A stretch of 63,544 nucleotides of DNA, counting the filler, from Lenisia limosa (Eukaryota > Protista > Breviatea), in NCBI GenBank assembly GCA_001655205.1. It is 13 parts of 13 records of this genome, joined end to end, with 100 filler letters (N's around TTAATTAATTAA, not from the genome) between each part and the next. Parts side by side here need not be neighbours in the genome. Positions count along the whole stretch, not along the records: positions 19,227 to 24,506 come from LPNZ01009977.1; positions 24,607 to 26,449 come from LPNZ01003963.1; positions 26,550 to 30,528 come from LPNZ01002430.1; positions 30,629 to 36,454 come from LPNZ01001931.1; positions 36,555 to 44,074 come from LPNZ01001597.1; 8 more parts are not named here. One strand, 5' to 3'. The notes beneath the pieces are model-generated. The model ran no database searches. It was not told the DNA's origin and saw only the letters and a list, made by a program, of their open reading frames with translations. Positions 24,380-36,613 of the stretch are shown piece by piece. Both the position numbers and the translations under genes were made by a program. How positions within the stretch are numbered: position 1 is the first letter of the stretch; each line of letters begins with the position of its first letter.

Positions 24380-24828
24380 TATAATTATATAATTCTATGT
24401 AATAATTACTGACAGCATCGATTTTCCCTCGCAAGACTTAAAACGATCCGTCTTTTCAAAAAAACTCCCCCCTCACACCCATGACTTTGATCATTTGCCT
24501 GAAAGCNNNNNNNNNNNNNNNNNNNNNNNNNNNNNNNNNNNNNNNNNNNNTTAATTAATTAANNNNNNNNNNNNNNNNNNNNNNNNNNNNNNNNNNNNNN
24601 NNNNNNCCACTGTGGCCATTCGCAGTTCGCTGTGCTGGATTCTGGGGGGGGGGGAGTAAAACTGGAATTTATGAAATAAAAAGAGCCCAAATAAACTCCG
24701 TTGGCTGATAACAACACACAAGGGGTAAATGAAGGAAATGTAAAAAAAAAGAAGCCCAAAATCAATCCTGCTGACAGTCTGGTTAAACGAAGAAAATTTC
24801 AATGAGGGGGGGAGGGTGAATGAAGTTA

Positions 24829-26417
24829 GGTGAGGGTACATAAGTTTGATCGGTCACATGAGTGTGATCGATTTTTTTTGATTTTTTTTTAATGGTCTAA
24901 AAGTGATATTTGTCGTCAACACCATGCCAATCAACAGCATTGCCGATGCACTGGCCTTTCTGAGTGTCTTACTCCCTCCTATCAACTTATTATCCTAAAT
25001 TATGATTTTCTCAATCTTCCATTCTTCCCTTGCCTCTACAAAAAGGTACAAATGTTGCTTTCGGTATGATAATTATTGTTATTTTTTATATACTTGTAGC
25101 TCTCATCTACTAATTTGGTCTCAAAATATAAAAATGGAGCTATTCCAAAGCACTCTGGGGGTCAACGCAAAATTCACGAAGATCTTGAACCGGCCTTTTT
25201 GGGTGAGATTATTCAACTACTGCTTGTTGGGGAGCACCTCTCAGCTTCAGAATTCAAAAAAATTGTTTGGATTAGTATTCTATTTCCTTTTTTTGAACTG
25301 TTTAGGCTTCGAAATTTATTAAAGAAACAACTGGAAATATAATTGCTCTCGAAATATTTTCAATTGTGTCCCGAGACTGCTGGAAAGATTTCCTGTTCTA
25401 AAATCAGTGCGTTCGTTGTTGCGCAATGTTTGCGTGTCTTGAGGCCCTACATACTGCGACTTCTAAACGAAAGATCAAATCTGCTTTCAACCGCTCTTCA
25501 ATTGTTGTAACTCCTACAGTCTACCCCCCAACTATCACAATTGACCCGTCTAAGTTGGCTGCTCATCTTCCAAATTCTGATGATGCTTTCACAACCCATT
25601 GAGGCCTCCTGCAAGACATGCGCTCTATTCTTGTCAGCCCAATACTGAAGCTTATTGCTTTGATTTCAAAGGCTAAAGATGAATCATCTCAAAAACAGAA
25701 ACTGCAGATGCATGGGCAGAAATTGCCAAGTTCGAGACGATCTTACTGCTGCTGAAGTCAAATGGTTCAAGACAATCCGACGTTACTTCCCTGGAACAAC
25801 ATCCCGTGGTCCAGCAAAAAGTGGGCAGCCTGTTTTTCCCTTTTAAAATAGCAAATCTCACCATAGGAAAGCGAAATTGAGTGCCCACGATCGTTTCCCC
25901 GTCCTTGGTTTTGTAAAAATATTTATTTCCAAGTATTGATATTTAATAAAGATATATTAATCCATTTTTTCTGAAATGTAAGGACAAGGAGTTTTTTTTA
26001 TTGGAAAATGAGGAAAGAGGGAAGAAAAAAAGAAGGGAGAAAAGATATAGGTTGGTGTTTTAAAACCGCGAACATGATTAAAACCGCGAACAAGCCAAAA
26101 ATCGACATAAATCGCTTCAATAACACCCTTTTTAGTGCAAGAACGTCTTCACTTTATCGCAGGGACAATTCTAGTCCCATAATCAGGACAAGTTGTAATT
26201 TGAAATTAGATCTTGTCAACGCATGTCAATATAAACCCTTCATTTGAAGCTATATAGGTCATAGATTGAACTAGAATCCAGCTTAAATGTCAATTGGGAA
26301 AGAAAGGGAGGAGGAGAAGGAGGAGAAAGCGGTAGGGTGACGAAGAATAATGTCGAGAGGGAAAAAAAAAGAAAGCGGTCAAACTCATGTGACCGATCAC
26401 ACTTATGTACTCTCACC
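24829..26417 (+). mobile_element. Degenerate TA-flanked DNA transposon (pogo/Fot1-like relic), 1589 bp
   Basis: TA|GGTGAGGGTACATAAGTTTGATCGGTCACATGAGT ... ACTCATGTGACCGATCACACTTATGTACTCTCACC|TA. Internal broken ORF pieces GGQRKIHEDLEPAFLGEIIQLLLVGEHLS (CENP-B-like HTH) and LEALHTATSKRKIKSAFNRSSI (pogo-like C-terminal motif). Confidence 0.7.
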
Positions 26418-27480
26418 TATATAAAAAAAGCCCAAAATCAACCCTGTTGNNNNNNNNNNNNNNNNNNNNNNNNNNNNNNNNNNNNNNNNNNNNTTAATTA
26501 ATTAANNNNNNNNNNNNNNNNNNNNNNNNNNNNNNNNNNNNNNNNNNNNAAAAGAAGAAAAAAAGAAAAAGAAAAAAAAGGGTTGATCACTAAAATAAAA
26601 AATATGATCTTGTGGTACTTTTTCAAAAATGGCTTCTTTTTCATTTTCCTGCATTGATTTAAATAGATTATAGTAGAAAAACCTAGTAAATCAGCGTAGA
26701 AACATACAAAAGAAGGTCACTGGAGTATAATAAAATTGAGAAATTGCGCGCCAACGTTTCACAAATTGTCCTTTTTGGCCAATTTTTTTTTTGAAAAACC
26801 TTGAAATTGGATTAAGCGCTGTAGAACACTTTATATTCTTAAGTAGTATATGTACTAACCTCACTTGGAAGTGGAAAGGCCTTCTCTCTGAAAAACCGTT
26901 TTGTTTTGGTGCTCGTCTATCGCACTGTCAGATCCGCTATTTGGAGCCTTCCTTATTTTTTAGTTTTGAATCGGCAACTAAGGCAAAGGAAATCCGCTTA
27001 AAAGTGCAGAAACGTGTTCCCTCTGACCTTGATCGTCAACGGCAAGAGGAAACGCAGGTAAGGAAAATGATTGACGTTACTTGTGCCTTTATATTCAAAG
27101 AATATGATTTTGCTATTTAGTTGATTTTGAGCTATTTTGAATGGAATTGAATAGGAGTTGATTGTAATTTATAATGCGTTATGTAGTGGTTAAATATTAA
27201 TTAATCGCCTTTGTAGCCTGAGAGTACCCTGCAAATGGCTCGCTTTTACAACGCTGGACTTCGTATTGGTCGGCATATTGCCAAGGCAGTTAGCAAGGTA
27301 ACTTCTCGTGATGCCAAAACCAAGGCTGCAATCCGTACCTACAGTATTGCTGTGACTACGGAAGAACTGGTCCAGATCCAAGTTTCCAGTTTACGGTCAA
27401 AAATCGACTCCAAAGACGAATGTATGTTAAGAAAGATATTTATTTCACAACAATAGATACATGTATATAGCTACTATATA

Positions 27481-27769
27481 TAGTCAAAGCTCCGGACATT
27501 ATTCAAAATCTCCGGACACATCAAAACTCCCGGACAGCTTAAATTTTCCCTATAAAAGTAGTATAAACTTCACTTTCATGTTATTTTCGAAAGTAATTTC
27601 AGCCATAATCACAGGACAGAATGCGATTTTTACATATTCTTGGCTCAAACCCAAATTAAGTCACTTGGCTACCCGTTTGCGGCCCTTAAACTGCCAAAAA
27701 TAACCAAAACCGTTATAATCGGCCACATTCAAGGAATAAATGGCAACTATCCGGGAAAGTTTGACCTTG
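27481..27769. mobile_element. ~290-bp non-autonomous element (family 3, AGTCAAAGCTCCGGAC end)
   Basis: The left ~135 nt is nearly identical to 4004-4139 and its start matches 18673-18718. The right end (ATCCGGGAAAGTTTGACC..TA) is an imperfect inverted copy of the left end. Confidence 0.65.
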
Positions 27770-28515
27770 TAGAAAGCACTATTTTGAACATTTTTTTTCT
27801 CAAAATTCATTTTACATAGCCAAAGCAAGGGGGAATCCAGAACCAATTACTCCGAGGGGTACAACTTTTTGTTTCTTAACACTAAAAGAGGGATAGATTT
27901 AGAAAAAAACCCGTAAAAAGGCAAAAGGGGCCACCCCCGGGGAGACCAAATTCACGGATTTTGGACACTTGCTCAAAATTGAAAAAAAAAGTTGGGAACA
28001 TTAAGATGTCCCTGATTGTATGTTTGGATAGCCCGATTGGATAACTTAGATTCCAGTTTGATGATGACTATTGACCATTTTAGTTTGCATTCTAAAAATG
28101 GTTGCTGGAATTGTTTTTTTTTGTTTTGAGGTATTTGAGTTTTATAAGTGAAAAATGTTATTTTTTTTATAGTTTTTTTATTAGTTTTATATTTTGGAAC
28201 GGCGATATTTTGTAGTTTTGACAGGAAACTGGGGAGGAGGGGAACAATGTTTGACATAAAACAAAAACCTGAAGGAAAAGAGAAAAAAAAAAAAAGAAGA
28301 AAAAAAAACACCTTTTCCGAAAAAGCATATANNNNNNNNNNNNNNNNNNNNNNNNNNNNNNNNNNNNNNNNNNNNNNNNTCCTAAATTAGGTCATTAATT
28401 GTTATTTTGAGTTTTAAAGCCGCAGGAACCAATTTTTAGCCCAGTTTTCACTGGGTTGTTTTGAGTTTTTCAAAAAAAAATTTTTTTGACGCACATTTCG
28501 CATGAATGCATTTTA

Positions 28516-29181
28516 GGGGCCATTATAAACGACTCAAGTAAATTTCGTGGAATCCAAGTAAGTTGCAGATAAAAATCAACACTTTCCTGAATAAATATCT
28601 ATCACTACCGAAAATCAACACTTTCCTGTAAAAATATCTATCGCTACCGTAAGGACTTGCCTTATACGGAAAAACAACGGAAAATTCCAAAAATCAGTAT
28701 TTTTATAACATCTTTGATAGGTTTCGACTTTCGAGGGTTTACATAGCGGAAACACCTTTCTATGACTCGTAGCTATCTTTAGGTATGCTTTTCAAGCGAA
28801 ATGATTATGATCGGGTCGAGAAAGTGATTGTTACATTTGATGATTTTGACAGAACCACCCCTTTTTGGGGTATTTGGCCAAAAATCACAAATTTGATGAC
28901 AACTTATTTCGAGCCTATCATAACCATTTAGCTTGAAAAGCATACCAAAAGATAGACGAGTCATAGAAAGTTGTTTCCGCTATGTAAACCCTCGAAAGTC
29001 GAAACCTATCAAAGATGTTATTAAAATACTGATTTTTGGAATTTTCCGTTGTTTTTCCATATAAGGCAAGTCCTTATGGTAGTGGTAGATATTTTTACAG
29101 GAAAGTGTTGATTTTTATCTGCAACTTGCCAGATTAGCCTTGGATTCCACGAAATTTACTTGAGTCGTTTATAATGGCCCC
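28516..29181. mobile_element. Fold-back / long-TIR non-coding element (arms ~250-300 bp)
   Basis: GGGGCCATTATAAACGACTCAAGTAAATTTCGTGGAATCCAAG...ATGCTTTTCAAGC on the left is mirrored by GCTTGAAAAGCAT...CTTGGATTCCACGAAATTTACTTGAGTCGTTTATAATGGCCCC on the right, with a ~90-100 nt spacer. Confidence 0.85.
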
Positions 29182-29394
29182 AAACTTTTTTAGTCGGAAA
29201 AATGCATCAACAAAGGATTTTAGAATAATACTATCGTAAATATTGATAACGTCCTCAAAGTAGAACAGATTATAAGATACAGTCAAATATCGTACGCAAT
29301 ATCAATATTTATCAATATTTATCATATCATATCATACAATATCTGGTGCTTTTAATTTTGGTACCCGTTTACCTGTGGAAGGAAGGGGTGGGGG

Positions 29395-30460
29395 TATTCC
29401 GACTAAAATGTCAAAAACAAAGAAAATCGAGTTTCAGGTGAAGGTAGTTGCTGTGAGAATGGTCCGACAACTGTGTCAAACCAAATCAAATTCATCTCTA
29501 TTTACCTGAAGGAGGAGGTGGAGGAGGCGGAGGTGCTGTTGCTATCCCACCTAAAATTTATTTTTTAAAAAAAACAGCACAAATTGTTAGTGTTTTGGCA
29601 AATGATAATACAAACTAAACCCTTGCGTTCACAAAATATCATATAGTATGTGGGGGTGAGATAATGGAGTTTTAGGTGAGGTGTTCATTTATTCAACTAA
29701 AGAAAGAGGTCGTCTGAGAGAGGTCCGACTACTGTGCCAAACCAAAGCAAATTCATCTCCATTTACCTGAAGGAGGAGGCGGAGGAGGCGGAGGTGCCGT
29801 TGCTATCCCACCTAAAATTTATTTTTTTAAAAAAACAGCACAAATTGTTAGTGTTTTGGCAAATAAAAAACTAAACCCTTGCCTTCACAAAATATCATAG
29901 TATGTGGGGATGAGATAATGGAGTTTGTGGGGATGAGATAATGGAGTTTTAGGTGAAGTGTTCATTTATTCACCTCAAGAAAGAGGTCGTGTGAGAGAGG
30001 TCCGACTACTGTGCCAAACCAAAGCAAATTCATCTCCATTTACCTGAAGGAGGAGGCGGAGGAGGCGGAGGAGGCGGAGGTGCCGTTGCTATCCCACCTA
30101 AAATTTATTTTTTAAAAAAACCAGCACAAATTGTTAGTGTTGGGGCAGATGATAATACAAACTAAACCTTGAGTTCACAAAATATCATATATCGATATAG
30201 TATATGTGGGGGTGTTCAGACTAAAATGTCAAAAACAAAGATAATGGAGTTTTCAGGTGAAATGTTCATTTTGTCACCTGAAGAAAGAGGTAGTGGCCGT
30301 GAGAGAGGTCCGACAACTGTGTCAAACCAAATCAAATTCATCTCCATTTACCTGAAGGAGGAGGCGGAGGAGGCGGAGGTGCTGTTGCTATCCCACCTAA
30401 AATTTATTAAATACAGCACAAACTGTCAGTGTTTTGGTAAAATCCTTGCGTTCAATTCAA
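29395..30460 (-). repeat. Tandem array of four ~250-300 bp units, each containing minus-strand Pro-rich mini-exons
   Basis: Repeated unit ...GGTCCGACAACTGTGTCAAACCAAATCAAATTCATCTCCATTTACCTGAAGGAGGAGGCGGAGGAGGCGGAGGTGCTGTTGCTATCCCACCTAAAATT... The minus strand gives AG|GIATAPPPPPPS|GT, a 35-nt intron, then VVGPLSRPLPLSS. Confidence 0.85.
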
Positions 30461-30867
30461 TATCATCAATGTACTAATGATATATGATATGATATATTAT
30501 AGTATAATTAATATAATATATACTATATNNNNNNNNNNNNNNNNNNNNNNNNNNNNNNNNNNNNNNNNNNNNTTAATTAATTAANNNNNNNNNNNNNNNN
30601 NNNNNNNNNNNNNNNNNNNNNNNNNNNNAAAAAAAAAACAAAAAGGGAGAGACAAGTTTGGAAACAAAAAAAAGTAGGAAAAAAAACCCAGGAATACAGT
30701 CTAACAAGATTTAGTAAATTAAAAGCAGGAGTAAACACAAAACACCAATAAATATATACATATATTTCAATTGCTCAAGAGAAAACAGACACTATTAAAA
30801 CCTTATACTCATTGAGATGAGAATGGTTGCCATAATAACATAGGTAGAGTGTACACAGAAGTACCCA

Positions 30868-31626
30868 GATTTAACACCGGCCCCACAGCTCTTTGTGTCT
30901 CGCGGTTATTTGAAGAGACGAAGGGTGAAAGCAGCTCTAACGCTGACTGAAGCTTATCGCCGATCTAAAAGATAAATCAAACTGTCACTTTTGGACAGTA
31001 CTTTCCTTTGATCAGTATCAGCCACAACCTTATAAATGAAATAATGAGGGTAATAAATATTTGGTATGGAATTAAACACTGAATTTCCATAATATAATAA
31101 CTCCGCTGGCAGACTTTCCTCTTTTGCGTAGCCATTTTGACGATAGACCGAGAGAGCCTCGCTTTGCCAGTCCCAGCCCATCCGCTCATCATCATCACAC
31201 GACTCTCGCCCTCGTGAACATCTTCCATGGCTCGGAGCACGGTGTTGGACAGCCATTCAGGCTCTGAGGACTGCAATGTCAATCCCAAAATAAATGTACC
31301 GACAGCCACCGATCCAACTTAGCGACGACACACGCTATAATTCATTCAACTCATGAGTGTAGCGCCTACTTAATTGACACCAATGTATATATGCCACGAA
31401 TAACCAGCCCACCTCGCAAGCAAGAGCATCAATTACAAGATGGAGATCACCAAAACTAATTCGAGGGGCCTGGAAAATAAAAGCAAGTCAAGCCACAAGG
31501 ATTGTGACAGCTATACGTTATTCATTGGATGTTTAAAAACTCAAATTTAGGAAAGGGCAAGGTGTGCAAACCTTGCCGTCAGACTTATGGAGGGCAAGTC
31601 CTTGGGCGAGACCCTGAAGGGTTGAA
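30868..31626 (-). CDS. Putative P-loop NTPase fragment (AAA_16/STAND-like)
   Basis: Exon SSEPEWLSNTVLRAMEDVHEGESRVMMMSGWAGTGKARLS contains a Walker-A-like GxxGxGK motif. Neighbouring exons are SALELLSPFVSSNNRETQRAVGPVLNL and APRISFGDLHLVIDALACE. Phasing not fully resolved. Confidence 0.4.
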
Positions 31627-31964
31627 ATTGGCGGTAAATCCATTACACTTTGTTATAATTATCCTATTACTAATAATACTTCTTCTATATAACCATTTTT
31701 ATGTTTAATATTCTGATTGTTGTATTTAAATGTGTCCACCCCAGATATGAGTATTTATACTTAAAAAATTGAAGCAACGCGCAGGTATATATATATATAT
31801 ATTTACACACAGTTTGTTAAAATAGACACCCTATTACGTTAAAACTATCTTAGGTTGACTGTTTTTCCTTTTCTCCGTTAACTAAGCCGTCCTCTGGCGC
31901 TCTTCTATTGCCATCTGTGTTTACATTTGCTAGTTTAAAGCAAACAACACACGGCTTTCTCAGA

Positions 31965-34900
31965 ATGTCGCTCTACCCTTCTCCCCAGCCGGCCCAGGTT
32001 TGATCCCCTTTCGGTTCCGTTCATTCATTTCCCAGGCCTCTCCGCAGCAGCAGCAGCAATATTCCCCTTACAATCAGCCGGTAATGTCGGGAAATTGGAT
32101 GGGTCAATTTAATTTTCCGAGCTGTCTTAATTTTTTACCCTGGTCCTTGTGAATGCCATTTGGGGAAACTCATATTTTGAGAGGCGAACTTCACCTCCAA
32201 AAATCTGGGGCTTCTGCGGTTTTTCTTAACCACTCCCAACAACCTCCACTATCATCAATGAAATCATTATTCAGCATGAATGTCTACATTATTATTGCAA
32301 AGCACCTTCATCATTGACACCACCTTCATTCACCTCAGTATTTCTTATTACCTTTCTCATTGTGTCACTATCATCCACCTGAACCTACCTTCAGACTATC
32401 ATCCACCTGAACTCTGTTTTTCTAGGCTATAGGTTCTGAATAAAAAAGCGCAGTCTCCATATCAGGACTTATCATTTCCCTCAGAGTGACAAACCTCATA
32501 TAAGCCTTGAACCCCGTGTAATTAATAAAATGGGCATTAAAGTGTCTGAAATGGAGTTTTGATTCCACTAAAATATTGAAATAAGTTTCTAAATCATCTG
32601 CACGGTGTTAGTCCTGTGGTAGATTAACTTTTTCCAGGCTGAGCAACACAGGAATGCTGCCCATCAACAGCCGTCCCCTCCAGCACAACACCAGCAAAGC
32701 CTGTACCCTACAGGACACCAGCCAGCCTCTGCACCAGCCCAGCCTTTCCAGCAACAGTAGGCAGTTTATTCACGAAGGCCTCTCTCCTGTACGGAAGAAG
32801 ATCGGTAAACTATCGAAATATATCGATGATTTATAAAGACTTTCTGGATTGGAGTGAAGCCCTCTCTAGTCATCACTTTCCATAAACGGTTTTTTTACAG
32901 CACTTACTGGATATAAACTAATACATTAAAGAACCCGCAGTACTTGTACATTTGTTTTCTTTTTGCCTTCTTCACCACATAGCAATCCATATGAGGCTAA
33001 TCCAGCCTCAAATCTCTACCCTGGCTCGGGATATTCTCCCGCACCACAGTACATCTACGACCCCAATGCCTCGTAGGATGAGAAGGGGGGGGGATTATAA
33101 TTTTTTTAAAAAAAATTATTTGCACAAATTGCATTATATGACGCAGAATACCAAAGGAGTTGAGGGATGGGGAGGTGAGTAACAGTTCTTTTTTTAAAAA
33201 AAATAGTTTAGACAAACTGCAATATATGATATTATGATGTGTATTAGTATATGACATTGTATACAAAAGGAGTTGAGGGATGGGGGTGGGGGGATGGTGA
33301 ACATTTATAATTTCTAATTGAGTGAGTATAAGCCTCTTTTTTCAATAGAGGGTATAATGATTGAAGTGGATGGAATGAATTTCAATTAAAGGGAAGCTAA
33401 TATCGGATTTAATCGCAATTGAGTGTCACCTTAAAAGGAAGGCTTATATGGGTATTAATCTCAATTGGGTTTCCAATTGTTTACCAAAAATGTATGCTGC
33501 ACGTGTGGGGACTTTGTGTTAGGTCCAGTTATGATTAAATTGTCCGTAATAACTGAATTATATCTAATTTCCCTCCAAAGACATGAGTTAAGATCAGGGC
33601 TTCACTTCGGTTCAAGACGGAATTTCTCAATAAATTCTCGAAAACTATTGATATTTAGCCGTTTTCGAACCGAAGTGAAGAATCATGGTGCATCTAAGAG
33701 GCTGTATAGGATCTTTACGTTTTAGCCTGGTGCATTATCCTCCAATGACGAAGGACGAGAAACTGCCCTCGGATGCCTCTTTTGGTGGACTTGTGTAGGG
33801 GGGGGGGGGGNNNNNNNNNNNNNNNNNNNNNNNNNNNNNNNNNNNNNNNNNNNNNNNNNNNNNNNNNNNNNNNNNNNNNNAAATCATCTATTCTGTCAGT
33901 TTTCACCACTTGACGGTGGTGATTGTTACTAATGGTATCCCATTTTATTCTTTTGTCTCCATAGTTTGCAACAAGGTTTACTTAGATTTTTTTTATTTTC
34001 CTTGAAAAAGCTGAACTCCGTCCCCTAGCATATCAAGACTAAAGCAACATATTTTTTTATCACACTATGTAGTTCCTTCTTCTTAAAAACCATTACATCC
34101 TCTAGTCTCTCTGGACGCAAGCCAAACGACCTACTCTTTGCCGTACTCTTCCTTGTTGCCTTCGTCTCCTTTGTTCTAATTGGCTTCATGGCATTCAGGT
34201 CTGTGGTTCAATGTCGGATAATATTTAGATTATATTGAAAAAGTGTCAATTCAAATATGGAACTGAGAGTAATATACTATTTTCATTTTTATTTTATTGG
34301 ATATTGCTATCATATCAGATAAGATATATGATATGACAAATATTATGTAATAATATATAAGAGATGTGTATCCGATATATCGACATTTATACCTATATTA
34401 TGTACTATTTTAACATTGTATAAATGACATAGCGCTAGTCTGTATGATTTTATCCGCTGTAGTCGTGGAGACCCCAGCCGACTGACTCCCAACTACAACG
34501 TCCCAGATTCTGTCAAGCAAAAGTCCTATGACTGGTGGACCAAGCAAACAGCCCAATTAAAGGTGAGAATTCCTAGCATATTATCTGGGAGTTTTTCTGT
34601 GGCAAAAATTATGGTTTATCAACATGACCTCCCAGGCTGACAGCAACATTATCATCACCTGCACAATCTTATCTCTTCTTTTGGGGTATGTGGTGTTGTC
34701 TTTATTGCATAGTGATTTCAGAGACTAAGACACATACAAGATCTTTGAAAATTCAAAAAGTTATATTTCTTTTAATGCATCTCATAGGGCCCAGAAACAT
34801 TACCTGTAATTCTACTGCACTACTTTCGGGGCATTTTGCATTGCAGCAAGAATGTATAATCTGACTCCCAAAAACCTTAATATCTTTCAACTTTCTTTTT

Positions 34901-36388
34901 GAATTCAAATCAAAATGATATTTTTTAACTTCAACAGAGCCTTATGGGTCGACCTTCTTAGACGGTTTTCCAAGCTTTTCATCTATCTCACCCTCTTCAT
35001 CGGCATCACCGTCATCGTCCTTACTGGCACCTGGATGTTCGGAAGTGACTCGGAATGGTGTGGTTGGAATGATCAGGGCTTCCCTTCGGTCCGAAAAAGA
35101 CCTTTTAAATGTCGATACTTATCGAGGATTTATCGAGATATTCAGTCTTTTTTTGGAACCGTAGGGACGCCTTAGGTATGATGTGGGGGGACGGGGGGTC
35201 AAAAGAGGTGCGGGCAACTAGGACCTGTTTGGGATCGGTGGGGGGGTACTGTGAAAATCTTGACCAAAGCGAGGGGATTTAATGAGAAATTTGTTCTTGT
35301 TTTGGGGCCGAAATAAGTCCTACCAACAACTCATATTTCAGGATGCAATACGCTGGTATCGCTCTCTGGCTGGTTGCGTTCCTCCTGGTTCTCGTTATCA
35401 TTCTCCTGAAGAAGCAAATCAACATCACCGCTGTTACCATGCAAGTACGTTTTACTGATTTTCTAAATACCGAAATTGAATCCCAGCAACTTACCATATT
35501 AGGAAGCCTGCAGTGGAATTGAACACAACCCCGCAATTCTGCTTGTTGCCGTCTTTATTCTGGCCCTTGTTTGAGGGTGGTGATAAATGTTGTTTTTGAG
35601 CACAAGAATAATACATGAAATGTAATCTAAGGAAATAGTTTTAAACAGGGATATTATCATAAACAGATTGCAACAAGTGCGCAGCCAGGTATTTATGTGT
35701 TCAATGTAAAAACAACCACAACTGTACATATCAGGAAAGCTGTTTTCATTTTTTATTTATTTAGGTGATTGTGTTTGTCGTGATTTGGATTTCGATTTAC
35801 ATTCACCTTTATTCCATCAAGGTTGGAGGGAGAGGTGGTTCTCTTTTTGCTAGCGAAAAGGATTTCCATTTGTTTTCTGATATACTAATTATATATTTCA
35901 CGGTTGTACATAGTATATCGATATGTATAGTATGTATTATAATGTATTTTTGATACATAATGAGTTTACATTCATCTTAGAGGAAGAAAAACTTGGATAC
36001 ATTTCATATATGGTGAGTATCATACATTGTATCAAGATAATACTCTTTGATTAAGTACAAATATGGACAAACTCCTTTTAATGTGATCCAATGTTTACCT
36101 AATTAGAAGGACAACTCACATGAAACTGAAGAAGAAGAAGGTTGGAGCCTCTTATTCGTAAAACCAAAGTGGTTGAGTTTTGTTACATTTTGTTTCTTGA
36201 ATTCCATCTTTTGCACCCCCCCCCCCCGCAAACTGGTTTCTCTTTTTTGTCTATTGATTCAAAAAACCATATTTTACCCCGCTTCCTTCATAGGCAAATA
36301 CAGCTTTGACAAGAACATCCGTAACCTGATGCTTTTCATGGTCTTCATGTTTTACTGGGTGATTGCACTCCTGGGTGCCATTTACCAG
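31965..36388 (+). CDS. Choline transporter-like protein (SLC44/CTL/Pns1 family), N-terminal ~half
   Basis: P/Q-rich N-terminus (MSLYPSPQPAQ...), then RKPNDLLFAVLFLVAFVSFVLIGFMAFR / GDPSRLTP / ALWVDLLRRFSKLFIYLTLFIGI / LVIILLKKQINITAVTMQ / LMLFMVFMFYWVIALLGAIYQ, following the CTL transmembrane pattern. Confidence 0.8.
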
Positions 36389-36613
36389 GTAGGGCTGTCT
36401 TTGACATATCAGAATACCGAGAAGAAAAGTGGAGGTGAAGTCGCAATCTATTATNNNNNNNNNNNNNNNNNNNNNNNNNNNNNNNNNNNNNNNNNNNNTT
36501 AATTAATTAANNNNNNNNNNNNNNNNNNNNNNNNNNNNNNNNNNNNNNNNNNNNGGGGGGGGGGGGTGATCATTTTTAAAAGAAGTTTCCCTTTCGTTGG
36601 TGTTGCGGCTCAC

